Made by a program: the position numbers and the translations under genes | Shown here: positions 38,394 through 47,907 of the stretch, piece after piece | How the letters are laid out: the number at the start of each line of letters is the position of its first letter | Numbering within the stretch: the stretch's first letter is position 1 | DNA from: a virus | DNA: 64,000 nucleotides | Direction: 5' to 3' (one strand) | IMG/VR virus record: IMGVR_UViG_3300047499_000102 | Coordinates: 1-64,000 of that record | The notes under the pieces: model-generated | Seen by the model: only the letters and a program-made list of their open reading frames with translations | Told to the model about the DNA's origin: nothing | The model's database searches: none

Positions 38394-39750
38394 TCAGGCC
38401 AGCGCCTTGAAGAACTGGAACGCCGATCCCACGCCGGTCGCGTCGCCGGCGATGGTGGCCGCGACGCCGAGGAACGCGAGCATGCTGTCCCATACGGTGG
38501 GGCCATCGTCGCGCTGGAAGATCGCCGTCTTCACCAGCAGCGCCTCGGACTGCTGGAGCTCAATACCCTGGCTGAAGAAGTCGTCCCACTCCTCGGGCGA
38601 CTTCACCGGCGCCTTCTCGGCCATCGTCGAGCAAATCTCGTCGTAGGTCATGGGCGACATCCCGCGTCTGCAGGGTACCCGGCCACGTGCCTGTACAGCA
38701 TGGCGCTCGCGTTGAGGCACATCGAGCCCTCGATCGATCTCACCGCCCCCCCGGGACAGGGGCCACCGTCGCGCGCGCACACGCTCTCCAGTTGGATGGA
38801 TGCGTTGCGCTGGGCCTCGGCCGCAGCGGTGTCCGCATCGGTCCACTTGTCCAGCTGCGAGCCGCCGCACGACAGCGCCGCGACAGCGACAGTGACCGCT
38901 CCCAGCATGGCGAAGAAATAGCGATCGGCGAGACTCATGGCGACGGGTACCTCCCTGGCTTGTGCGGTGATGCTGGCGCCGCCGTGGCGGGCACCGGAGC
39001 GGCGGGGATGGGATCGATGAACGCTGGCGAGGTCGCTGGTGCGGAAGTGGGTGGTGGCTGACGATTGACGCCCTCGAGGAGGCCCTGCTCGTGCGCCTTC
39101 GCGACCTCGGCGGACAACTTCCACATGAAGCCGAGGATGCTGATCACGACGGCGACGGCCACGCCCGCGGCCACGCCCCAGAACCATTTTCTGATCCGCC
39201 GCAGGGTCCGCCCATCGGCCGCAAGATGCTCGTCGGCGATGACCTCGCGGACCCGATCGCTGTCGCTTTTCTGGTCCGGCACCGGGGGCGGTGGCGGGAA
39301 GCCGGGGAGGGTTGTCAGCCGAAGACCCGGATTGGTTTTCTCGATCATGTCGTCGAAGGCCTCGCTGGCGGCGCGCTTCACCCCAGCCTCCATGTCCTCG
39401 ACGCTCGGAAGCTCGTCGCGCATGCCCTCGACACGCGCCTTCAACTCATCGCGCAACTGCTCCGCGTGCTGCTCGAGCGCGTCGTTCAGAGCGCCCGCCA
39501 CGCTCTCCTTGACCATGTGCTCAAGTCGCGCAGGGATGGTGTTTATGGCAGGACGGATCTCGTCCAACTCCTTGTAGATCGCCTTGAGGTGCTGGTGGTC
39601 CTGGGCGACAACGTTCGCGTAAACGCGCGCGAGTTCCTCCCACGACGCCCGCGGGAGGTTGCGAGGCACGTCTGTCATCATGGGCCGCTGGGGGGGCAAC
39701 GGGGCGATGAGCGGATCGCGGCCGTTGCCGCGGTGCTCGCGGTTACTCAT
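38394..39750 (-). CDS. Three genes: 38394-38651, lipoprotein 38648-38938, and coiled-coil+TM protein 38935-39750 (spanin/holin candidates)
   Basis: AALSC lipobox; C-terminal TM WFWGVAAGVAVAVVISILGF. Confidence 0.55.
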
Positions 39751-39786
39751 GGTGTCGTTCTCCTCGGCAGGCGTGTGGAGCGAAAG

Positions 39787-41655
39787 CTACTGCGATACGT
39801 CCGGGCGCCGCTTCGGGGTGTGTCGGCTCGCCCCGATCTCGTTACCGACGTCGCAGCACTCGTTCGGATCCGGGCACCCGACCGTCGGGAACGCTCCGCC
39901 GCAGACCTGTCCCTGCGAACAGCAGCCGTCTGGCTTGCCCGTCCCGTCGGGTGTGCCAGGCGCGTAGCACTCGACCTCGACCTCGCTGCACAGGTGGCCG
40001 GGCAGCGGCTTGATGGTCGGGTCGACCCGGTTGATCCAGTCGCACGCGGGGGCGAGCGTGATGGCGAGGACGGCGACGAAGGCGACGGCGATGGGCTTCA
40101 TGGGCAGCAGGCTCCAGGACACGTGCCTGCGGCTCCCCCGCAGAGGGTACCCGCGGCGCAGCATCCGCCGGCGGAGCGATCGGGGTTGGCGCAGGTGTCC
40201 TGGCCCGACGCGCAAGCCGGCAGAGGGCTCGGCTGCGTGGGCAGCCACGGCGCGGCTGCGCCCCCCTCGTGGGCGCTCGCGTCGACGTCGAGCGAGTCGC
40301 CCATCCGCTGCGCGTGGCGCGCGGCTGTCGGACCCGATGCGCACGCGGCAAGGACCGCGGCGGCGGTGAGGATGGCGATGGTGGTCTTCATGGTAGGACC
40401 TCGAGCAGTTTGCCGCCCACGTCGATGTGGGCCCCATGCAGCAGCTCGGGCGAGTAGTCGCCCATGTGAGCCTTGCCGACCCACACGCGCATGTTGCCGT
40501 CGGGCAGCGCCTGAAGAACCGCGTGGCGCGCGCCCTTCGTGTCCGCGTTGAGCGGGACCGAGAGGACGACGTTGCCCGGCTTCGCGTTCGCCCAGGCCTT
40601 CGGCTGCGAGGTGATGACGATGCTCCCGTCTCCCGCGGTGACGGTGCCGCTGACCGTGATGCCGCCGCCGTCGTCCAGGGTGATGCCGGTGGGCGGCTTC
40701 CAGTCCGGCCCGTGTGTGATCTCCGGCACGAGCCCGCAGCGCTGGAAGCACTCGATCCCCTCGGTGATGAGGGCTCCCTTGGTGTCCACGTACCCACCAG
40801 CGTCATCGCGAGGCCACGTTGCCCACCGCGCCGCCGAGACGTCTTCGCAAGCCTTCACGCACGGACTGCCCGATGGGTACCGAAACGCCCAGCGCGTGTG
40901 GTCGTCGTGGTCGCGGTCGCTCCATCCCGTCTGGCACGACGTCGTCTCGCCGGTCTGCGCGACGGTCCAGTTCGTCGAGGACGGCACGACGTCCCCGACG
41001 TAGATGACGCCGCCGCCGTCCGGGTACTGCGCCGTTTGCAGGATCGTCGGGCCACCTCGCTGCACGTCGTACTCGACCCGCTCGGTCGGCACCGGCTGCG
41101 ACTGCTCCAATGGAGCCGCAGTCGGGCGCGCGCACGCCGCGAGCGCCAGCAGCGCGGCTGCGAGCGGCGCCCTCACCGCGACCCCGGCCAGTAGACGTGG
41201 TCGGCGACCTTGCAGCTCTTGGTGCAGGCCTCGTAGTCGTGCAGGTAGGCCGCGTAGTCGCCCGGCGAGACCTCCGACAGCGGCTTGCCGAAGCGCTGGT
41301 AGACGGTCTGCCCGACGCTCGCGTAGGCCGCGGTGCAGCCGTAGTCGCACGGCCGCTCGTTGCCATCGACCACCGCGTAGGAGCCTCCATCGATCGTGGG
41401 GACGACGGTGCGGCCCGTCGGCAGCATGAGGCGGTAGTCCCCTACGTGGTAGGCCGGGGGCGCCGCCGCTGCGCTGGGGGCGGTGGTCGCGACGGGCGCG
41501 GATGCCTCGACAGTGGCCTCGGCCACCCCGGCGTCGACAACGAGCACTGAGGCAGTGGGCGCAGGGGGTGGCAGCGGTGGGACGGGGGGTGGCAGCGTCG
41601 CCATGCAAGCGACCATGGCGAACGTGAAGAGCGACAGCGCGAGCAGGAATCGCAT
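39787..41655 (-). CDS. Four tandem lipoproteins (39787-40101, 40098-40391, 40388-41176, 41173-41655)
   Basis: LAPAC, LAAC, LAAC and AMVAC lipoboxes; Cys-rich. Confidence 0.7.
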
Positions 41656-41676
41656 CGGAAGTGACCTCCGGGCCGA

Positions 41677-41705
41677 GGCTAGCACCGCGCATGCGCTGCG
41701 TGAAC
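41677..41705 (-). promoter_or_regulatory. Promoter TTCACG-N17-TAGCCT for the lipoprotein cluster, with an operator half-site
   Basis: 17-bp spacing; GCATGCG half-site in the spacer; GGAGG RBS. Confidence 0.5.
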
Positions 41706-41757
41706 GACCATCAGATCGCGTCCCGCAGCGGCACCGCGTCGTTCGCGGGCGCCGCCT

Positions 41758-43659
41758 TCACTGGGTCATCGCCGTCCCAACGAGCCGCGCCACGCCCGCC
41801 GAATAGCAGACGTGCGGCGTCTGGGTGGACGCCGTCGCCGTGATGGTGGTGCCCCAGTTTTGGCTGTTGGCGATGAGCGTGACGCCGTTGGACAAGCCGG
41901 TGACCGCCGTGAAGTCCAGGTCCCAGCACGCTCCGTCGGTCGCCGGGAAGGTGACCGTGGTGCCAGCTCCCGAAAGCGTCCCGGTGAACTTGATGTGGGG
42001 CGAGTTGTAGACCGTGTTCGCCAGGACGTTAGAGGCGCCCGAGGTGAGGGCCTGGGAGGTGCTCATCCAAGAGAAAGCATTCGTGCCGCTCACCCCGCCT
42101 ACAGGTACACGGTGCTGTTCGTTGACGTTCGACAAGGCAACATACGTCGAACCACCAAGACTGAACCCAATGTTTTCGTTGGCTGGTCCATTGAGAGTGA
42201 GCGACGTGCTTGAGTACGCGATTGCGTAATTCGTGGAACTTGGAGTAACTCCGTTGAAATAGATAGCGCCCTGCGAAGTGGTCCCCACCTGCGCCCCCAT
42301 CGCCACGAGAGTGCTGCCTGCACGCTGCACGTTGACGTACGCCTCCGTGCCACCGCTGTTCGGCGCGTTCACCTGGAGGTTGATCGAGCCTGAAGTGAAA
42401 GTAGCGTTAGAGGCCGCGCCTGCTCCGGCTGCAAGATTGAGTGAGCCACCAGTGACGTTTGTGGTCGCAGTAGCAAAAGCCGATTGAGCGGAGATAGTCG
42501 TGCTGTTCGTCGCCGTGTCCGTGGTCTGGGCCGCCTGATTGAGCGCGGGAGTCAGCGTCTTCGCCCACTGCACCGTCGCCTGCGAGTCGAGGAAGAACGT
42601 GTTGCCTGAGAAATGCGCCAGCGCGCTTCCCAACTGCGTGATGTACACGCTGCCGCCCGTGCCGGCGTTGACGTTCGTCTCCGAGGCGCCGTTCGACATG
42701 ATCGCGTAGTTGCCAGTCCCCGGAGTGATCCCACCCGTGCCAGCTAGGTACAGGGCGCCGTAAGCGGTCACCGAGCCGACGAGAGGTTGGACGTTGCCGA
42801 ACTGCGAGCCGCCCGACTGGAAGACGATGGACCCGTTCAGGCCCGCCGTAGCCGATCCGCTAGTGCCTCCAGCCCCAGAGCTGAGCACGAGGTTTCCACC
42901 CGTGCCGCCGTTGTTGCTCGCACCTGTTGCAGCCTGTCCCGCCTGCGCGCTGAGCGTCATGGTGACGCCGGCAGCACCAGATCCCGCGGATGTAGAAGAC
43001 AGAGCTGACTGGGTGAACGTCGGATTCGCGATGCTAGAGATCCAGGCCCACGTGCTCGCCGTTAGATTAGCTTCCGCAACGTTAGCCACTGCAAATTGCA
43101 GAGTGCTGCCCGGCGCATTGATAATGGTTGTTGAGCCGTTGCAGGCGAGACTGTAGTTCGAGCTAGATGCAGAAAGGTTACTCAGCCAAATAGCTCCGTA
43201 GCTGCTTCCGTTTGACTCTTGCCCCATCTGCACATAGTTCGAGCCACCACTCTGAACTTGGACAGCACCTGGAGATCCAGTACTGTTCGGAGCTGGTGTG
43301 TTCAGGATGATGTTGCCGGGAGTGTTGGTGCCGGCGTTGAGCGGGGCCTGAGACGCGATGGTGAGGTTGACGCCGTTGCCGGTCGTCGAGGTGGCCTGCG
43401 TCAGCGTCGGACTCGTGGTCCCCGCGGTCCACTGGAGCGACGCGGGGGTGATCGTGATGGGGCTCGTCCCCGAGATGCTCACGACCGTCTGGGAGGTGCT
43501 CGTGGAGCCCGCGAGATCGCCCGCCCACGTGACGGAGCCGCCCGAACCGCTGCCGCCCACCGGGCCGTAACCGTTGCTCTGCGCGCTCACCGTGCTTGAG
43601 GCAAGCATGGCGAAGACGGTCAGGCAGAGCGCGAGCAGAAGTAGTTTGGACTTCGTCAT
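41758..43659 (-). CDS. Gly/Ser/Thr-rich fibre/adhesin-like protein with a Sec signal peptide
   Basis: MTKSKLLLLALCLTVFAMLASSTVSA; three internal repeats ending GA(I/L)(W/Y). Confidence 0.7.
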   Translation of the reverse strand: MTKSKLLLLALCLTVFAMLASSTVSAQSNGYGPVGGSGSGGSVTWAGDLAGSTSTSQTVVSISGTSPITITPASLQWTAGTTSPTLTQATSTTGNGVNLTIASQAPLNAGTNTPGNIILNTPAPNSTGSPGAVQVQSGGSNYVQMGQESNGSSYGAIWLSNLSASSSNYSLACNGSTTIINAPGSTLQFAVANVAEANLTASTWAWISSIANPTFTQSALSSTSAGSGAAGVTMTLSAQAGQAATGASNNGGTGGNLVLSSGAGGTSGSATAGLNGSIVFQSGGSQFGNVQPLVGSVTAYGALYLAGTGGITPGTGNYAIMSNGASETNVNAGTGGSVYITQLGSALAHFSGNTFFLDSQATVQWAKTLTPALNQAAQTTDTATNSTTISAQSAFATATTNVTGGSLNLAAGAGAASNATFTSGSINLQVNAPNSGGTEAYVNVQRAGSTLVAMGAQVGTTSQGAIYFNGVTPSSTNYAIAYSSTSLTLNGPANENIGFSLGGSTYVALSNVNEQHRVPVGGVSGTNAFSWMSTSQALTSGASNVLANTVYNSPHIKFTGTLSGAGTTVTFPATDGACWDLDFTAVTGLSNGVTLIANSQNWGTTITATASTQTPHVCYSAGVARLVGTAMTQ

Positions 43660-43662
43660 GAC

Positions 43663-44220
43663 TCAGCTCCCCCCGTAGTAGAAGAGCGTGACCGTGTAGT
43701 TCGCGATGCCCGACGAGAAGACGATGGTGGACCCCGCGCCCAACTCGTTCGGGCTGCCCTGCAGCACGGGCCTGCCGAGCGTGAAGGACTGGTTGGCCTG
43801 CAGCGTGATGGGCGGGTTTATCTGCGCGTCGGTGATGCTCGGTCCCGCCGGGGTGATCGTGATCGTCCCCGTGCCGCCCGAGCCAGCCGACCCGGAAAGC
43901 ATCGTCACGTAGCTGCCTGCCGGCACCGTGACGGTCGCTGGTGTCGACGTGCCAGCGGTCAGGTAGAAGGTGCCGTTGCCATTCTGGTATCCCGCGTCGT
44001 ACACGCCGCCGATGCGAACCCATGGCGCGGGGGGCGGGGGAGGCGACGGAGGACGCGATGTCGGCGACGGGCTCAGCCCCGCCTCCTCGACGTACACGTA
44101 GACGGGCATCGGCTTGGCGCCGATGTACCAGGAGATGCCGCATGCGGAGAGCGAGAACAGGAAGAGCGCGAGCAGCGACACGGCGAGCCAGGTGCCTCGA
44201 GCGGCTTGGAAGCGATTCAT
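43663..44220 (-). CDS. Lipoprotein
   Basis: LLALFLFSLSAC; Pro linker followed by a beta-rich domain. Confidence 0.65.
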   Translation of the reverse strand: MNRFQAARGTWLAVSLLALFLFSLSACGISWYIGAKPMPVYVYVEEAGLSPSPTSRPPSPPPPPAPWVRIGGVYDAGYQNGNGTFYLTAGTSTPATVTVPAGSYVTMLSGSAGSGGTGTITITPAGPSITDAQINPPITLQANQSFTLGRPVLQGSPNELGAGSTIVFSSGIANYTVTLFYYGGS

Positions 44221-44252
44221 GGGGTGGCGTCCTTCGGTCATGATGGAGTTGG

Positions 44253-45168
44253 TCAGGCGATCTGGACCCATACGTTCGTCGCGACCTGCACGACGGTCGC
44301 CTTGGCGTGGGCGGCGGCCAGCACGAGTGTCGCGGCGCCGTTGATGGTGGCTCCGGTGGGCGTGATGGTGAGCGTGTTGGCGCCGGACATGCTTCCGTCG
44401 CCGTCGACGAAGGTGATGGGAATGCCGACGGGGAGCCCAGCTGGCAACGTCGCGATGCGCGCGGCGGTCAGCCCCGTCGTCGCGTATGTCGCCCTCGCGC
44501 CCGAAGCCGAGAAGTTCTGGTTGGCCACCTCCACCACGACGGGCGACTGGATGACGAAGTTGCCGCCGCCCGCCGCCGCGGTCGCAGCCACGACGGTGGC
44601 GCCTTCGGGAGTCAGGAGAGAGGACTGTTGGAGTTGCCACGTCTGCATCCCCGCCTGGACGTAGAAGAGGCTCCCATCGGGGTACGCGCTCGTGGGCGAC
44701 AGCGCCTCAAGGGCGACAAGGCTCGCAACGCTGCCCGCCAGCGGCCCCGGTGGCCCCTGGACGTACTCGGTGACGACGGTCTCGATGACAGGGTTGGTCA
44801 TGGCTGCCTCAGCTGCCGCTCACGATGAAGGGTCCCGAAAGGAACTCTTGGATGGTGCCGTTGGCCCAGGTGATGAAGAGCTTCGCGAGGTACACTCCCG
44901 TCGCGAGCCCCGCTGTGGTTGCGTTGTCGATGGCGAGCGCGATCGTGCCGGCGCTGCCGCCAAGGACGATCGAGCCTTGCCCGTTGGGCGTCGTCGACAC
45001 GCTGACCACCGGCGTTCCGGGGACGGTGGGCGACGTCACCTGAAAAGTCGCCGTGGCGCCCGTAAGATTGACGGGTGAGACCGCGCCGACTGCGCCCGTC
45101 TCCCACAGCCACGTGCGTGCATAGTCGGCCCCCTGGTCTACGTAGAGGCGACGACGGATGACGGGCAT
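44253..45168 (-). CDS. Two beta-rich virion accessory proteins (44253-44801; BppU-like 44809-45168)
   Basis: DQGADY...VNLTGATA.FQV...G.I.LAI...TAGL..GVY. Confidence 0.6.
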
Positions 45169-45332
45169 GCTCGCTCTTCCTTCCTATGGCTGCGCGGGCT
45201 CGCGCGGCATCGATGACGTGACTGGAGCGAACGCCTACTGGAGCGCGCCGTAGCGCAGCGACCGGAACTCGCGCAGGTGGCCGAGCGCGTTGGTCGTGCC
45301 CTGGCACTGCCTGCGCATGGTGCGGTCCTCAC

Positions 45333-46313
45333 TCATGGCTTGTAGTCGACGCGCAGCCTTGCGAACGTCACGACGAGCGACGTGCCGGAGCCGGACCGTT
45401 GCGCCCCGATGCCAGCCTTCAATGTCTTGCCGTTTGCGAGTTCCCAGTTGTTGGATGAGCTGCTGGAAGTCCAAACCTGCTGAATAGTAAGGCTGGCGAG
45501 AGTGGGCCACCCGCTAGAGTAGCTGCCCCTGTAAGAGAAGAACTGAGGGTAGGACGACAGCTTCGACACTTCCAAAACCATCACGTTATTGGATGAGCTG
45601 ATGGAAAATAAGTCACTGACGAAGCCAGAGTTGTTGCTGTTGTTGTACTCGAAAAAGGTAGCGACGCCGACTCCAGCAGTTCCGTACCCTCTCTTGTACC
45701 CGTAGCCGTAGCTCGTCGCGTTTTCGCCAGTGTCCAGGGACAATACAGCGTTGTCGTAGTTGGCAGAGAAGTTGCCAGCCGAGTTATAGGCCCAAACGCG
45801 CACGGAGATCGAAGGGTCGTAGAGCGGCAGAAGCGACGCTAGGTCGACGTAGAGACCTGGATACGTCTTGCCGGTGTTGTAGTCGCTGGTGGATGCCGGC
45901 GTGAACGTGATACCGGAGCTGCTCAGCGTGGCGTGCGTGACTTCATTCGCAGAGTTGAACTTAGTAAACGTGTAAGCGCCGATGGTGTAGGTGCCGTCGG
46001 AGGTGAACGTCTGCGACCCCTGCGCCGTCAGGTCCAGGTCCATCAGGGTCGTCCACCCGCCGCTAACGCCACCCGAATCAGAACCAGAACTCGAAGGCGG
46101 GTATTGCCAACTCCACGTCGAGCCATTGCTGCCGAGAAAGGACCCGTCGGGACCAGGGGACGGGATGAGGGGCGACGCGCCAACCTTCGCCGATGCGTCT
46201 GGTCCATCGGCGTGACCAGCAGGGGCGATGTCTCGCCCGAGGCCGACGAGAACGAGCAGCGCCGCCGACAGGAGGGCGACCGCGAGCGCGACGAGGATGC
46301 GAGTCTTGGTCAT
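45333..46313 (-). CDS. Signal/TM-anchored lectin-like protein with a lower-GC C-terminal domain
   Basis: N-terminal hydrophobic segment; Ser/Tyr/Asn-rich beta domain. Confidence 0.65.
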   Translation of the reverse strand: MTKTRILVALAVALLSAALLVLVGLGRDIAPAGHADGPDASAKVGASPLIPSPGPDGSFLGSNGSTWSWQYPPSSSGSDSGGVSGGWTTLMDLDLTAQGSQTFTSDGTYTIGAYTFTKFNSANEVTHATLSSSGITFTPASTSDYNTGKTYPGLYVDLASLLPLYDPSISVRVWAYNSAGNFSANYDNAVLSLDTGENATSYGYGYKRGYGTAGVGVATFFEYNNSNNSGFVSDLFSISSSNNVMVLEVSKLSSYPQFFSYRGSYSSGWPTLASLTIQQVWTSSSSSNNWELANGKTLKAGIGAQRSGSGTSLVVTFARLRVDYKP

Positions 46314-46322
46314 GGGTGTCTT

Positions 46323-47216
46323 TCAGCAGAGGTACAGGCCGGCGGCGACCGAGTAGGTGAACCGGAAGCGCCCGCGCGCGGTGGTGAGCGTCACCGGCGA
46401 GTTGGTGGCCCCCGTGCTGCCCACGTAGTTCGGGTCGACGACGGCGATGCCGTTGCCGCTCACGAGCAGCGGGTTGGACTGCCAGCCCGACTTCCCGAGC
46501 GGGTGGCCTCCCGAGGTCGCGAGCGGCACGTCCACGACTTCCCACCAGAGGCCGTTGCCGCCGTTGCTCGCCGCCGCCAGCGAGGCCGCGTTGGGCAGCG
46601 TCACGGTGAATCCGCCCGCGCTCGTGTCGACCAGGAAGATCGTGCCGGCCTGGGCGACCGTGAACACCGTGGCGGCGTTCACGTACTGCATCGAGCCGCC
46701 ACCACCCCCGGAGCTGCCCGCGTCGACGAGGCGAAACATGCGCATCACGCCGCCGGCCCAATTTCGAAGCACGTCCCACTGGTTCGCCTCGGTTGCGCCC
46801 AGGCCCTCCATGGCGAGGTTCGGGCTACGAATGGACATCACGAGCGACGTGTCCGTGAGCGCCGGGTTGTACGCCGGGTTGGCTGCGCCGTTGGCCAGCA
46901 GACGCGCCGGGTTGTTGTTCACCGTCAGGCGGACGGGGATCTTGCCCCAGTTGTTGGCCCCGGCCGCTGGCGCGTTGAATGCCGGCGGCAGCGTCGTGGG
47001 GTTCGCTGGCTGGAAGTAGTAGTTCCCCATCGCGTCGGTCGACCAGCCAGCCGGGCAGGCCATGCCAGGTGGGTAGTCGACCATCTGCCAAAGCGCGGAC
47101 GTCCACCCGCTGGTGTTCGCGGCCGAGAGTTGGACCGAGCTTCCGAAGGGGACCGTGACCGGTCCGGTCACGACGGCGCCGCCGGCAATGGAAACTTGGA
47201 CGTTGGCGCTGGTCAC
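46323..47216 (-). CDS. Tail-fibre-associated protein
   Basis: PKD-like N-terminus; LVDTSAGGFTVTLP module. Confidence 0.6.
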   Translation of the reverse strand: MTSANVQVSIAGGAVVTGPVTVPFGSSVQLSAANTSGWTSALWQMVDYPPGMACPAGWSTDAMGNYYFQPANPTTLPPAFNAPAAGANNWGKIPVRLTVNNNPARLLANGAANPAYNPALTDTSLVMSIRSPNLAMEGLGATEANQWDVLRNWAGGVMRMFRLVDAGSSGGGGGSMQYVNAATVFTVAQAGTIFLVDTSAGGFTVTLPNAASLAAASNGGNGLWWEVVDVPLATSGGHPLGKSGWQSNPLLVSGNGIAVVDPNYVGSTGATNSPVTLTTARGRFRFTYSVAAGLYLC

Positions 47217-47261
47217 TTGATCACCTTGTCCCTCACGGCAGGAAGTCGTACCTTCAAAAGC

Positions 47262-47906
47262 ATGCGCAACGCATACACACTGTTCGTGATCGCTTTCATC
47301 GGCTGTGGCGGCGCGTCGTTCTCGGCCGCGCCCCCAGGTCCCCTCGCCATAGAGCAAGACGCCGGCGTCCAGATGCCTATCGAGGCTGGGGCGTCGGACG
47401 CGTGGCCCGTGTGGATTGAGGGTGGCGCCGAGCTCGGCGACGACGGCGGCTCCGACGCAGCGCCCGTCGAGGCGACCGCTCCCATCGCCTTCGCGAACCT
47501 CGTCGCCTGCCTGGTCGATCCGTCGACCATCGTCGTCGGCTGCAACGCCATGCCCCTGCAGCGGTGGGGCGTGCCACCCGTCGTCTACGGTGGCGACGCT
47601 GGCCCAGAGAACCCGATGGACTGTCCCGATGGCGGGGACACGTGCTCGTCGGCGTGCACATCGGGCGGCGCCACCGTCGCCAACTGCGTGGCGGGAACAC
47701 CCTGCGGCGCTGGCTTCATCAACAGCCCCACCGCCGTGTGCGTGTCCTGCGTGGCAGCGGCTGACGTCGTTCGCGATCCGCCTGCGTGCCCCGCGAGTTT
47801 GACCGCTGTGCTGTGCAACGCGCAGCCGACTCAGAGCGGCTGTACGAGTGCGGGAGGGCCCTTCTTCTGCTGCCCAAGCAACGGACCCGCGCCCGCGGTC
47901 GAATGA
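47262..47906 (+). CDS. Cys-rich lipoprotein encoded antisense within the tail operon (moron)
   Basis: FVIAFIGC lipobox, DAG linker, many Cys; own TTGTCC-N17-TACCTT promoter. Confidence 0.7.
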   Translation: MRNAYTLFVIAFIGCGGASFSAAPPGPLAIEQDAGVQMPIEAGASDAWPVWIEGGAELGDDGGSDAAPVEATAPIAFANLVACLVDPSTIVVGCNAMPLQRWGVPPVVYGGDAGPENPMDCPDGGDTCSSACTSGGATVANCVAGTPCGAGFINSPTAVCVSCVAAADVVRDPPACPASLTAVLCNAQPTQSGCTSAGGPFFCCPSNGPAPAVE

Positions 47907-47907
47907 C

